Shown in pieces: positions 12,801 through 27,137 of a stretch of DNA of 64,000 bases. A model generated the notes under the pieces. It did not search any database. It saw only the letters and a program-made list of their open reading frames with translations, and was not told the DNA's origin. The position numbers were made by a program, and so were the translations under genes. Each line of letters begins with the position of its first letter. Position 1 is the first letter of the stretch. This DNA is from Anaeramoeba ignava BMAN (taxonomy: Eukaryota; Protista; Anaeramoebae): contig JAPDFW010000146.1 in assembly GCA_028826165.1 (NCBI GenBank), forward strand, positions 43,843 to 107,842. The letters run 5' to 3'.

Positions 12801-15800
12801 ATTTTGATTTAAATTTGAATTTTCATTTAAATTTTCATTTAAATTTAAATTTGAATTTTGATTTTGATTTTGATTTTGATTTTGATTTTGATTTTGATTT
12901 TGATTTTGGATTTTGATTTTCATTTTGATTTTGATTTAAATTTGAATTTTCATTTAAATTTTCATTTAAATTTAAATTATGATTGTTAATCAACGTAACA
13001 AAAAATGGAAAAAGCACTTTGATTCCTCCAAGACAATTAATAACATCAGGAAAGTTCCTTGTTACACAACGAAACATTGATATAGATTTTGCATCAGTAT
13101 TAGTACTTGATGATACAGCTTGATTATAAGCAAACTCAAGATCACATGCTTTTGAATTAAAATTAAGAAAACTTTTACTGTAAATATTACTAATTGAATA
13201 CATCTTAACTGATTGCTTCCTAGTTATACATCCTTCAGATCGATTTTCTCGATCTCTTAAATCTTTAATAGTTGATTTTTTCTTTGAATCATATTTTTGT
13301 TTTTCTATTTTTTTCATCAATTTCGAATTATTTTGTTCGTTATTTGGAAAATCATTTGATAATAATTCTCGACTTATTTTTTCTTTTTTTTGTGTTAAAT
13401 TTGGAGATGAATAATAAATAGTTGAAATTTCTTCATCTGTGACAACATCTTCCAAAAAATAAATTGCGCCCATTTGACCAAAAAATGGATTTTCTCGATA
13501 AATACAAAGATCTACTTTTGGCGAAACAATCAAGTAATTTGATCCTATTTTATTTTTACTCAAGTAATCTTGGAAAATTGGAGATTTTGCATCGATACTT
13601 GAAACACAAAATCCATCAATATAAAGTTTTATTTTGGATTTCTTCTCTGGTGTTTGGGTAAGTGCAAGAAAAATCCATTTTTTGGATTCAATTTCTTCTT
13701 CAAATTTATGAAGAAAAACTTCTCCAATTTGTGTGGCTATTTTAATAACAATATTTGCTGTTTTATCATTTGGATCCTTGTCATTTGGATCAAAAAACAA
13801 TTCAATTCCATGTCCTTTTTCTGTTAAAAAACTAAATATTCTTGGTTGATATTTGATGTTATTTTGTGTATTATCATTAAAAGATTCAACACGAATCCAA
13901 GTGAAAAATGTGTATCCTTTTGAAGAAGGCCAATTATCAATTTTTGGGATTACAAGATTTGAAGAGATTCCATTAAAACCAAAGAATGCCTTAATTTTAA
14001 ATTTATAAATGAATTTTAATTTTAAATTTTATAAATGAATTTTAAATTTATAAATGAATTTTAATTTTAAATTTATAAATGAATTTTAATTTTATAAATG
14101 AATTTTAAATTTATAAATGAATTTTAAATTTATAAATGAATTTTAAATTTATAAATGAATTTTTAATTTATAAATGAATTTTGATTTTTACACCAGAATT
14201 AATAGATTCTTCTTGACACATTTTCTGAATCCCTGTAAGAAAAAGTGACATATAAATAAGTTGATTTTGTTGTGGAACATTTTTAAACGTTCGGAAAAAA
14301 TATTTCAATTCAGGAACAGTCAATCTATAAGAACCAAGAAGTGAAAAAAAATTAACAGAATAATCTGCAATTTTTGAGAAGGAATGCTTCGAGAAAATAT
14401 CTGCAAATATTGGGACAATTCCAGCTTCGCAACAACACCAAGTATTATGAGTTGATTTGCGACAAATATGAAGAAAAGTATGCAAAATATTACTAAAAAG
14501 TTTCATGTCACTTGATTTGGAAAAAATATTAAAAATCAACGAAACAATATCAGGATTTTGAATCAAGAAATTCTTTCTCAAATGGAATTTCCCCTTATAA
14601 ACAAGCATATTGCAAAGTGTTTTGTAGAGATCTTTACTTGGATTTCCATTATAATAATTAGATAATAATTGACCAAACTTTTTATATCCAAAATTCTGCT
14701 TAAATATTTTTGTTGATTTAAAGTTGTTTCTAAGAAGTTCTTGAACAAAGTCCACAACAAACATGATAAATTCTTTGTCAATCTTTTCGCTATTTTGCGA
14801 TTTAATTAATTCTTCAACATTTTGCAATGCTCCTGATTTTATAAAGAGAACTTGAAGTGGATCCTGTTTATTCTGGATACACAATGTTGACAATCGAAGT
14901 AGATTTTTCAAAGTGATTGAATTTGCTGATATCTTATTCCTGTCCTCTTTGCGTTTTGGTTTGTGAATTTTATGGAGAAAGAAAGTGATCATGTCTAAAA
15001 AATTTTTGAGAAATTTTGATTGTTGTTCGTTTTCCACTTCTCTAATAAAAGACGATATGAAATGACTTGAATAGCCTTTTGGTTTGGTTTTCCAAAAGTA
15101 GATCTCTCAGCATAATTGGGGTTGTATCGTCTCCAAGCGCTTGTTTTCTAATATCATCAATAGAAAATAAAACGCAAAATGAATCAAATAATTCATATCT
15201 AATTTTATGAAACACTTTTGGATCAAATGGAAAGGATGTTTTTATATCCTTCTTCATATATTTCCTTTGAATCAAATGGAAACGACGTATTTCTGCTGAT
15301 ATTTTGCTAATAAAATTAAGAGAAACAAGTGATTTTTTTGTTCTTCTTGGATTGGATATTAAAATTTTCATTAAAAGATCTAAAACCTCATGTTTTATTT
15401 GAAGATCATCTTGATATTTTTCAAACATTTCAATTAGACATGTGCATTCAGATAAATTCGGTTTATCTTTGCGTGATGCAGTATTATAAACAAACTTCTG
15501 GAAAAATATCTTTTTGGATTGAAAACATTCAGAATGTGATTTTGATAAATGAACATTCTTTTTCGTTTTAAAAAGTGAATATAAACAAATCAATCAATAA
15601 ATAAATAAATAAATAAAAACAAGATTGATTATTTTTTTTTTGTTTGATTTAAAGATCATCAAAAGATTGGAAATGATTTTGTGAAGAGAAAATAAAAAAT
15701 TATACTTCAAATTGAGGAGAATGCCAGAAAGCTTGAGAAAATAGAATATTCCAAACTGTTTTTTTTGTTAAGATATTTCTTATATCAAAAGCTCCAACTT

Positions 15801-18041
15801 TCAGAAGTAATTCAAGAATAAAAAATTGTAATTCTGGGGAAATAAATGTAAAAAACAGACGAATTTTTGGATCGAGTTCTGATTTCTTTGAGGGTCTTGT
15901 GTCCCAGATATTTAAACATGCTTCGATAATTTTGTATTTGATTTTGTTTTGTGATTGTTTAATTGTTTTCGATGTTGATCTTGCTATTCTTGGAGATTGT
16001 AATTTGTTTTGGTTTTCCTGATCACTAATTGTGTTTGATCTACTTTCGTGTGGTTTTTTTTCATGATCGGTTGTTGATTTTTGTGATTTGTGAAGACATA
16101 TTTCAGATAAATTAATAAACAACCGATGAAGAAATGGATTGCTTAAATATTTGGAAAAATCTCGAAGATTAATTTTGGGATTTGTTTTGGATCGTTGAAT
16201 TGAAGATAATGGTGGTGGTTTTGGAAGTGAAGATGGTGCTAATTTAATATTTACAAATATTTTTTTTAATAATAATAATAAATAAATAAATTCAATAAGA
16301 AAAAAAAAATATCAAATTATAAATTAATAAATCCACTTCTATTTACGGGAATAATCTTTTTTTGGATTGGATAAATTAAAAGATTCTTCATTTAAATTAT
16401 CTAGAGAAATTTCATTTTCATTAATTGTTTCGTAAACCCAATCTTGTGGAAAAGTATATGCAACCCATAAAATTAGATCGGATAGGTAATAGAGTTTTGG
16501 ATTTTTACAGACTGCAATTTCTGAGTCTGGAATATTAACTATAATTTCTCGAAGAAGTTGTAAAATGATCATTCTCTTTTCAAATCCAAGGTATTTTGAA
16601 TTTTGATTTTTTATTTGATTTTGATTTTCATTCAAATTTTCATAAACAATAGAAGGAGGACGAAGTTGTGAAATTACAAGATTTGAAGCTTGAGTTGTGA
16701 GTTCTTTTGAAATTAAACCATGACTAAATGTGAAAAGAAGAAGATTTAACAATGAAATATGAGTTTGAGATAGAATTTCGGTTCGTTTGATTTTCTGTTC
16801 GAATTCATTAAACAAATCAGTAAATACTTGAATAAAATGAATCAAAAGAAAAAGAAGAAGGAAATCAATTTGTTTGTTTTTAAAAGAAGAAAACATCAAA
16901 AATAAGAAATACAAAATAATAAATCTGTAATAAAAAGCTCAGAAATCCAGGATAAATAAGGTTTTCCTGTTATTGAAATATCATAAAGATTAATTTCTTC
17001 ATCTTCTTCTCGATCAATCACATTAATTTTATCGTTATTTCCATGTTCAATATTTTGTGGAACATGTTTTTCAAACTGATAATCATTCATAAGAAAAAAG
17101 CAAAGAATTCTGTTGATTGAAGAACAAATATAAATATAAATATCAAAATCATCATCAACATTAACATCAATATTAGTATTATCAACATCTCGAGAATTTG
17201 ATTCTAAATTTTGCTTTAAACTCAACTTTTTTTTTTCAATTTGAAAAATAATGTTTAAATAAATAAATAAGAATAGAAATATAAATACTTTTTTAGCCAA
17301 ATTGAAAGCTTTAGCATAAACAACAAGCCCTAGTTCAACTAATATATCAAATAAACCATATTTAAAAAGTATTGCTCTATTAAATCGAGAATTTGAAAGA
17401 ATAACAAGCATTTCTAAAGAAAGAATCTCGATTTTGTCATTATTTTTTGTTTGATAAATTTCATTTGTAATATTTGCTAATTGTTGAAAAATTTTTTTGT
17501 AAAATCATTTTGAAAATATAATTTTCTTTTGTCAATTTGAATTCGAAATGGTAATTTTATATTATATTTTATTTTATTTTGTTTCACCTTGTGATTTTTT
17601 TAAATGTAAAAGATAAAAAACTAAATTTCTTAATGTTTCAAATATTAAACGAGTTGGATGTGCTTCATCGTTTTGAATTGCTTGAGAAAATTGTTCGAAA
17701 TCAAATTTATTTGAAATTTCATTTTCTTTTGGTTTCCAATCTTGATAATTTTGTAAGAATAATTGAGCAAAGTTGTGAAACCATTCATTATGTGTTTGCT
17801 TTATAATTTTTATAATTATTATTAATTATTTATTAATTATTTATTTATTTATTTATTATTATTTATTTACAACATCTTTTATTTCAATTGATTTTTTCCA
17901 TAAATTTTGTATTTCTAATCCTTTTGGATTATGTTTTTCAAATCCAGAATTTTCAAGTATTTTTGAAAAATAATGTGTTTGAAATTTTTGGAAATTAATT
18001 TGTTTTCTGTTCCGAAATAATGAACCAAAATTTGTTTCCAT
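6900..18041 (-). CDS. Large BEACH-domain protein (neurobeachin/LYST/Lvs-like): ARM-like N-terminus, ConA-like lectin, PH-BEACH, BEACH, WD40; multi-exon, several apparent frameshifts
   Basis: [94 protein letters not shown], WD40 repeats, RWKLDKTED, GYTFFTWIRVE. GT..AG introns e.g. 8860-8513, 14191-13990, 17870-17799. Confidence 0.92.
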
Positions 18042-18419
18042 TTTTGTTTTGTTTTGTTTTAATAAAAAAAATATAAAATTATTTTATAAACAAAAGAAAA
18101 AAAAAATAATCAATAAAAAAAAAAAATGAAAATAAAAAAAATTAAAAAAAATTTGGATTTTTTTTTTTAATTTGAAAAAGAAAAAAAAGAAAAAAAAAGA
18201 ACAAAAGTATAAAATAATCACTTGAAAAGAAAAAAAAAATGAAAAAAAAAAAAGATCAAAAAAAAAATTGATTTTGAATGAAAATTTTGAATGAAATTAA
18301 TTTTGTTTTTGTTTTTTAAAAAAAGATAACTAAAAAGTTCTTTTTTTTTTTTGATTGATTTCTTAATTCAAAAGAGAATTAAAAGGATGAAAATAAATCA
18401 AATTAGTGCTCTTTTTTTT

Positions 18420-20386
18420 TTATAAAATAAGACATCTTCTTTTTTTAGGTTCTTCTTTTTTAGTAAATTTTAAAATTGTACGAATAGATTCATCAAAAAT
18501 TGTTTTGAGATTTACACTTGTTTTTGCTGAACATTCTAAATATTTATCTGCATGAATTTCTTGAGCAAGTTGTGATCCCTTTTTAAATTTTAATTATTAA
18601 TTTTAATTTTAATTTTTGATTTTAATTTTAATTTTAATTTTAATTTTAAATTTTAAATTTAATTTTAAATTTTAATTTTTAAATATTAATTTTAATTTTA
18701 ATTTTAATTTTAATTTTAAATTTTAATTTTAATTTTAATTTTAATTTTAATTTTAATTTTAATTTTAATTTTAATTTTAATTTTAATTTTAATTTTTTTA
18801 AATTTTAATTTTAATTTTTAATTTTAATTTTAAATTTTAATTTTAATTTTAAATTAATTTTAAATTTTAATTTTAAATAATTTTAATTTTAAATTTAATT
18901 TTAATTTAAATTTAATTTTAATTTTAATTTTAAATTTTAATTTTTAAATTTTAATTTTAAATTTTTCAGCATTATTTTTACGAAGCTCTTCTTGTGCAGC
19001 AGGATCATTTCTTAAATCTGTTTTTGTTCCAACTAAAATTGTTGGAGCTTCTGGACAATAATGTTTAACTTCACCAGCCCACTTTATTATTATTATAATA
19101 AAATATTGTTTAAATATATTTTAATAAATATATTATTTTATATTTTAATAAAATATATTTTTAATTTTAATTTTTAATTTTAATAAATATATTATTAATA
19201 AATATTTTAATATATTTTTATAATTTTAAAATTTTAAAAAATATAATGTTAATAAATATATTAATAAATATATTGTTAATAAATATATTGTTAATAAATA
19301 CATAATATTGTTAATAAATATATTGTTAATAAATATATTAATAAAATCAGCATTAATATTTTTAATAAATATATTATTAATAAAATATTGTTAAAAATAT
19401 CTTCTTAATAAATATAGCAGGATCATTTCTAAAAATCTTATTAATAAAAATTTTTGTTTCCATTGTTAAAAATTGTTGTTAATAAATATTCTGGACAATA
19501 ATGTTAATTTAACATTAAATATTTTATTAGCCCATATTTTAATAAATATATTATAATAAATATATTTTTAATATTGTTAATAAATATATTATTAATAAAT
19601 ATATTGTTAATAAATATATTGTTAATAAATATATTGTTAATAAATATATTGCCAATAAATATATTTTTAATAAATATATTATTAATAAATATATTGTTAA
19701 TAAATATATTGTTAATAAATATATTGTTAATAAATATATTGTTAATAAATATATTATTAATAAATATATTGTTAATAAATATATTGTTAATAAATATATT
19801 GTTAATAAAAATATATAAAAATATATTATTAAAAATATAATATAAATATATTATTAATAAAAAATTGTTAATAAAATATATTGTTAATAAATATATTGTT
19901 AATATTATTAATATTGTTAATAAATATATTGTTAATATTATTAATATTGTTAATATCATTGATAAATCAAACCTTTTCTCGAACATTTTTATAGGAAATT
20001 TGACTATCAACAGAGAAACAAATCAAAACAATATGAGCATTAGGATAACTTAACGGTCTAAGTGAATCATAATCTTCTTGACCTGCAGTATCCCAAATAC
20101 TTAATTCATAAGGTTTTCCATCAACATCAAACTTAGAATTATAATTTTCAAAAACTGTAGGAACATAACCTTCAGGAAATCTATAAAATATCATCATTTA
20201 AAAACAAAAAAAAAAACATTTTTCCACAAAAAAAAATTAAAAAAAAAAAAAATTAAAAAATTAAAAAATTAAAAAATTAAAAAAATAAAAAATTAACTTG
20301 TTTTCAATAAAAGTGATCAACATGCAAGTCTTTCCTGTTGCTCCATCTCCAACACAAACTAATTTAAATCTGTTCTCATCTGTCAT
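18420..20386 (-). CDS. Rho/Rac-family small GTPase, 4 exons (20386-20298, 20180-19973, 19081-~18962, 18578-18420), C-terminal CaaX CLIL
   Basis: [72 protein letters not shown]-stop. The donor of intron 3 is not visible. Confidence 0.95.
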
Positions 20387-20807
20387 TTCTGTAATTCAAT
20401 TTTCTTATGTTTTTTTTTTGTTTTTTGTTTGTTTAGTGAATTTAAATTGTTTTTTTTTTGTTTTGTTTGTTTAAAAAAAAAAAATGAAAAAGAAAAGCAA
20501 AAAAAAAATGAAAAAAAAATGAAAAAAAAAATTGAAAAAAAAATTTTTGTTTTTTATTTTTTTTTTTCGAATGAAATAAATTTTTTTTTAAATTAACAAA
20601 AAAAGAAATAAAGAAAAAAAGAGAAAAGTGAAAAATTAAAATTAAAAATAAAATTAAAAATAGATTTGTTTTTTTTTTCTTTGTTGTTTTTTAATTTAAA
20701 TTTTTTTCTGTTTTAAAAAAAAAAAAAGAAACAAAATTACAAAAGAAAATCATTTTAAAAGTCAATTTAAAAATAAATCTTTTTTTTGTTTGTTTGTTTG
20801 TTTGTTT

Positions 20808-23800
20808 TTAAATAGGAAGTATTTTAAAAGAAAGTTCCCACATTTCATCTTCAGTTGGAATTGGATCACGAACCAAAAAATTTTGAATAATATCAACTTT
20901 AACAAATTTATAACGAATTCCTTGAAATTCTTTAATTTTTTTAATAACATTAAAAATTCTTCTTCTTTTAGCCCAATTAATTAAATTATTTTCAATACGA
21001 CTAGGTAATTCTTCAATATTTGTAAGATCTGTAAGATACACACCAAGATAAGGAATTGCTGGAAGATTTGCATTTGCAAAAGCTTCTCTTAATTTTTTAT
21101 ATCCATTAATTGCATTTGTTAAATCATCAAGAATTTTGAATTGTTCAACAACCTTTTTAGGAACAGCTTTCCATGTTTCTTCTAATCTATCAACAGCTGA
21201 GTTTTGCATTCCTGATACAAATGCCATTACATCATTGAAATTATTCATTTGATATAAACTTTCTGTTATTGAAACAAGTCGAATTATTTTTTTCACTCGC
21301 ATTTTTTGTGATGTTTCTTTTAATATTTGAACAGAAACCCAATCTGCAAGATCGTTAAATCTTGATATCATATTCATCACATTTGGACTTATTTCTCTTT
21401 TATTTCTTTTTGTCCATGAATTGTTGAGTAATTCTTTTGTGTGTATTCTCTGGAATAAATCATGTGTTGTTAAACATATTTGTCTTGCTAATTCAATATC
21501 TGATATTTGAAAAATATCCAAGTTTTGCAAGTCTTTTGATTTGGGCATTTTTGGTGATGGTATTATGTAATTTGGATTGAAAGATACTCTTGTTTTCCCT
21601 CCGTTTTCTGCTCCATTTTTATTATTTTCTTTTGCTTTTTTTGATTTTTTAGGTGCACAACATCCTTGTGTTTCTGTATCTGTATCTATATATATTTCCA
21701 GTTCGGGTTCTATATTTGGTTTTGGTGTTTTTATTTGTGTTGGTGTTTCTTTTTGGTTTGTTTTCGTTATCATCTTTTTGTTGTAATATCTTTGTTTTGT
21801 GGATTATTTTGTTGTGGTTCTGTTAGTTCTCCTCTCATTGCTTTTAATTCTTTTTGTATTGATTCAAAAGTCATCCAAACAGATCTTCTTCTGATTTGTT
21901 TTTTATCAGATAACATATCAATTATTTCCTCTCCTTTTTTCTTGATTTGTGGATCTGAATGGATTACCAAACTATTTTGTGCAAAATTTTTGATCATTGA
22001 TTTGATTTCTTGTGGAAGATGTTGTGGATTGAATTCAAGAATTCTGAAAATCAAATCAACAACTGTAGTTTGTATTGTTTTTCTTTGTTCCAAATCAATT
22101 TCTGTTTTTGTAAATGGATGATGTGCTGGTACATTAAATCTAACCAGAATTTTTTGCATAAATAAAACTTCATCTGTGATATTTGGAAGAAGTTCCAAAA
22201 ATAAATCAATAAATGCTAATGAATATCCTTCTTGTGATGTTAATATTTCAATAGATTTATTCAAACTGGCTCCTCTTATTCTTTCATAAAGTAGTGCATT
22301 TTCAGCAACATTGTCATTGTTTTCCCAAACAATATTTGAAATTCCATAAGCAATTTCTTCCCACAAATCCATTGTATCACTAACTTTATCAATATTTTCT
22401 TGTCGAAAAACTGGATCCAATATATTTTGCATATCTTTATTATCTTTGGATGATTCTCTTCTTGAATGCCGTCTAATTTCATTTGGTTTTTCGATATTTG
22501 TTTGTTGTGTATTTTGATCTTGTGTTTGATTTTCTAAATTTGTATTTTCATTTGTATTTTCATTTATATTTGATTGAATATTTTCTATTTTATCATTTTC
22601 ATTAATTTCAAGTTCAGATTCATCTTGAGCTTGATTTCCTTTATCAAAATGAACTTCAACAGTTGGAATAATTTTTAAAACTGATCCTTTTTTAATTCCT
22701 TGGAAAGAAAATGCTAAATCTTCATCCAATTTAATTAAATCAGTGATTTGAGCATCTTTATGTTTTTTTTCATTTATATTTTCTTTTTGATTCAAATCAA
22801 TTTCAAGATCTGATTCTTGATAAATAACATGATATAATACATAATTAAGACCTTTTTTAAGTTGATAAATTCTTGAAAATTCATAAATGAAAACTTTCAC
22901 ATTAACAGTGAAATCGATAATAATTTCAACTTCTTCATCTGAAATTTTTTTATTAGTAACTTCATCATATCTTGGATAAATTAAATTAATTGTTGCAGGT
23001 CTTTGTTGGAATTTAATAAACATATATCCTGAAGTCTATTTAATTTTATTTTAAATTTTATTTTAAATTTTATTTTAAATTTAATTTTAAATTTTATTTT
23101 AAATTTTATTTTAAATTTTATTTTAAATTTTATTAATTTTAAATTTTTAATATTTTAAATTTTATTTTGAATTTTATTTTTAAATTTTATTTTAAATTTT
23201 ATTTTAAATTTTATTTTAAATTTTATTTTGAATTTAATTTTAAATTTTATTTTAAATTTTATTATAAATTTTATTTTAAATTTTATTTTAAATTTTATTA
23301 TAAATTTTATTTTAAATTTTATTTTAAATTTTATTTTAAATTTTATTATAAATTTTATTTTAAATTTTATTATAAATTTTATTTTAAATTTTATTATAAA
23401 TTTTATTTTAAATTTTATTATAAATTTTATTTTAAATTTTATTATAAATTTTATTATAAATTTTATTTTAAATTCTTACAAAATTTCGAGAAATATAAGC
23501 AGAAAGTTTTCTATTATTTCCTGGAATTACCCAAATTCCAAATGCATTTTCACTGTTTTTTGTTGGATATAACTTTCCAAAATGAAAATTATCATTAGTA
23601 GGAACAAAAGAAACTTGATGAGCTTCAACAGAAGATTCAACTCCACTTGTTACTGTTGATTCTAGAAAATGTGAATTATCTCTTGGTAACTTAAGTAATA
23701 ATCCATATTCTTCTTTTGGAACATTCAATTCAGCACATAAATGCTTCAATACAGTTGAAATTAATGCATCTGTTGGTATTGTTCTCCATCTTGGTGTTAA

Positions 23801-26322
23801 ATCCTTTGGATTTGGTGGGAGAATTACATCAATCTCATTTGGTGGTTTTTTAAGAATTTGAAGTTTTTTATTCTTATAATTTGATATTAATGAATTTTGA
23901 GAAATAAAATCTCCATCAAAATCTAAATAATTTTCTTGTTTATCTTCTACAGAAAAATCTAATTCATTTTCATGTTGATTTTGATTTTGAATTTGAATTT
24001 GAATTTGATTTTCGTTTTGATTTTGATTTTGATTTTGATTTTGATTTTGATTTTGATTTATTTGACTTCTTGGCCATTCTCCATCTTCAAAACTTGCAAA
24101 AATTCCATATTCATTTGGTTTTCCTTGATATTTTTCTGCACATGAAATGATAATATCTTGAACTATTAAATCTTCTTTTAATTCAAATGATTCATAAATT
24201 CCATGAGGTAATTTTATCCAAATTAAATTTGTTGGAGGTTTATCATGAATTGGTGTATTTTGATTTTGTATTTCTTGATTAGTTTCATTATTTATTTTTT
24301 TTGGTTCTTCAATAATTGAATTCTATTTATTTTTTTTTTAATTAATTAATTAAATAATAAATATTTTTTCTTTTCTTTTCTTTTTTAATTAATTAGAAAT
24401 TACTTGATAACTTTTCTCAAATAAAGAAAAATTAAAATCATAATCTTCAAGATCATTTTTAATTTCTTCATTAAGTGATAAGAAATATTCATGGAAATCT
24501 TCAATTAAACTATGATCAACTTTAGGAATTTGTGGATGGGTTTGAATGCAATTAATAATTTGACCAAATAAAACTATTGAATTCAATAAAGTATCTTCAG
24601 GAATTTCTTTATTCTTTAATAAAAAGAGAATTAGTTTCAAATCAAAAGTATCTGATAATTCGGTTATTTGTAATTGTGGAGGATCATCATCATTATAATA
24701 AGAAACAAGAATATCAAATAAAAGAATTGGAATAATAATTGGGATAATTATATTTTCAATATTAAGTGTAAGTAAAGCAGGATCAGATTGTGAAGCAAGT
24801 TCAGAAAAGAAAATGGAGTTTTTTGTTAAATTGATTAAAGTTTTTAAAACTGAATGATGATAAATTTTCAAGTCTTTTTCTGTATCTTCAATTTCACTAT
24901 TAAATTTAAATTAAAACATTTTAAATAATTTAACAAAATAATTAAAATATAAAATAATTTTTTTTATACTCATTTGATGATTCTTGAATTATAAATGGTG
25001 ATCTGGGAAGTGTTGATAAAACACTAAATAATAATGCAATTCCTTTGATTCCAATTAATGTTTTAATATCTTTTAAAGTTTCTTGACTAAAAAATGATTC
25101 CATTTTTTGATTCATTCTCATCCAAATCATCACTTTATCACTTGAAATTTCGGATTTTTCAGAAAGAATAGGTGAATCAAATGGATTTTGTTTTCTTGAA
25201 TAAATTTCAACATCAGTTTGTAAAAATTGATTTTCATTTTCATTTTCGTTCCCATTTCCACTTAGAAAATAATTTGGTGAATTAAAACGATTTTGGGATA
25301 AATTGTCTCCAAAACTCGACATAGTTCTATCATTTGGATTAATTTGATTGGGAAATCTTGAGAAAATTGTTCTTGTTTGATATCTTGGACTTAATAAGTA
25401 ATTGGTTTGTGTTTTTTGATTTAAAGAAAGAGTAGAAAATCCATGATCAGTATAATAATTAGCAGAATCATAATCATCATAATCCTCATTATCTTCATCT
25501 TTAGATTCATCTTTATATAATTGAATCATTTTCCATTTCTTTTCCAAACTCATTTCATTAATTTTATCCCTTTTTTTTGGGTCAATTCTATTAAATAAAT
25601 AAAATTTTTTTTTTCAGTTTTTTTTTTAAAATAAAAAATTTTTAAAATTATAAATTACTTTTGTTCATCTAATATTTTAGATAATTCACTTTCAATTTGT
25701 TGTTGTGATAATTCATTTATTGATTGTTGATTAATTCTGTTTGAAGTTTTTAAAGAAAGAGAAGAGCGTTTATGTTTAGGATCAAGAATATTAGATAATT
25801 TGGGTTTATCTTTGTTTTTCTGTTTAATTTTTTGAGGTGTTTTTGGTTTTTGATATTCATCATAAGAAATTTTTCGAGTAAAATCTTCAAGTTTTGGGTT
25901 TTTAATTTCTGTTTCTTGAGGTGATTGAATTTTTAAAAAGTTTTTTCTTCTTTGTTGATAATGTTTTCTATTTGATTTCACTTCAAAATTTTTGCGAATT
26001 TCTAACATAACATTATTTAAATCTTGTTGTTTTAACTGTTTTTAAAGAAAAAAAAATTTTTTTTAATAATTAAATTTATAATTTATAATTTATAATTTAT
26101 AATAAGAAAAAATTTTTAATTTCGAAAATTTAACGATCTAAATTATTGAAAATTCTTTTTTGTTTTTTTTCTCTTATATTTAAATTAATAATTTTTGATC
26201 ATATTTTTGATTTAAAATAAACCTTTTTGTGGTGATATAAAAGAAGAATGATGTAATTTATCATAAGAAATTGAGAAAGAACGTTTAGGTTTTCTTCTTT
26301 GAATTTTAATTTGTTTACTCAT
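20808..26322 (-). CDS. RasGEF (REM + CDC25) protein with N-terminal formin-GBD-like segment and ubiquitin-like folds; multi-exon, frameshifts near 24060 and 21775
   Basis: CDC25 motifs ELARQICL, NNFNDVMAFVSGMQNSAVDRLEETW, PAIPYLGVYLTDL, LINWAKRR; REM IRGASLNKSIEIL; N-terminal EMSLEKKWKMIQ. Introns 24403-24323 and 23479-23036 link the ORFs in frame. The extreme 5' exons are less certain. Confidence 0.78.
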
Positions 26323-26731
26323 TTTTTTAATTTAATTTAATTTAATTTAATTTAAAAAAGAATAAAAAAGAGAATAAAAAAAGAGAAAAGGGATTCTTTT
26401 TAGGAACGTTGAATAATTTTAAATTAAAATAATAATAAAGAGAAAAGATCAATATTTAAAAAAAAGAATAAAAAAGAATAAAAAAAAAGAAAAAATGAAA
26501 AAAAAAAATCAATTAAAAAAAAAATAAATAAAAATAAATTATTCTCCTTTTTAATTTAAAAATTTTTTTTCTCCTTTTTAAATTTAATTTTTACTTTATT
26601 TTTTTAATATAAATTTTAATTTTAAATTATAGAAAAATAATAAAAATATATTTTAAATATTTTTTTAAAATGAACTTTAATTAAATTCTTTTTTAAAAAA
26701 ACAATATAAAATAAATAATAAAAAATTTTTT

Positions 26732-27037
26732 TTAATCTTCTTTTGATTTTTTAAATGCTTTTAATTCTTCAAATTCCTGAATAAATTTTGATAATAATAT
26801 TTGGAAAGTAATTTTATTGTTTTCATTTTCATTTTCTTTAATAATTGATTGAAGATTTGGAGAAGTATTTAAAATTTTTTGAATTGAATCTTTAATTAAA
26901 TTATTTAATAAAATAACTTCATTAATTAATAGAACTTGTTCATTTTTCTTTTTTTTAAAAGTTTTTCTACAAATTTCTGAAAATTGAAGGAAAGTTTCTT
27001 TTAATTTAATTATTTGGTCTTCATTTATTTTTTCCAT
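26732..27037 (-). CDS. Small hypothetical helical/coiled-coil protein (101 aa)
   Basis: ATG-initiated, non-repetitive ORF flanked by AT-rich intergenic DNA; no recognised family. Confidence 0.5.
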   Translation of the reverse strand: MEKINEDQIIKLKETFLQFSEICRKTFKKKKNEQVLLINEVILLNNLIKDSIQKILNTSPNLQSIIKENENENNKITFQILLSKFIQEFEELKAFKKSKED

Positions 27038-27137
27038 TTATTTTTTAATTATAAAAAAAAAAAATGAAAAATTAAAATTTAAATTTTTATTTTTTTTTAC
27101 AGTTTTTTTTTACAGTTTTCTGTTTTATTATTTTATA

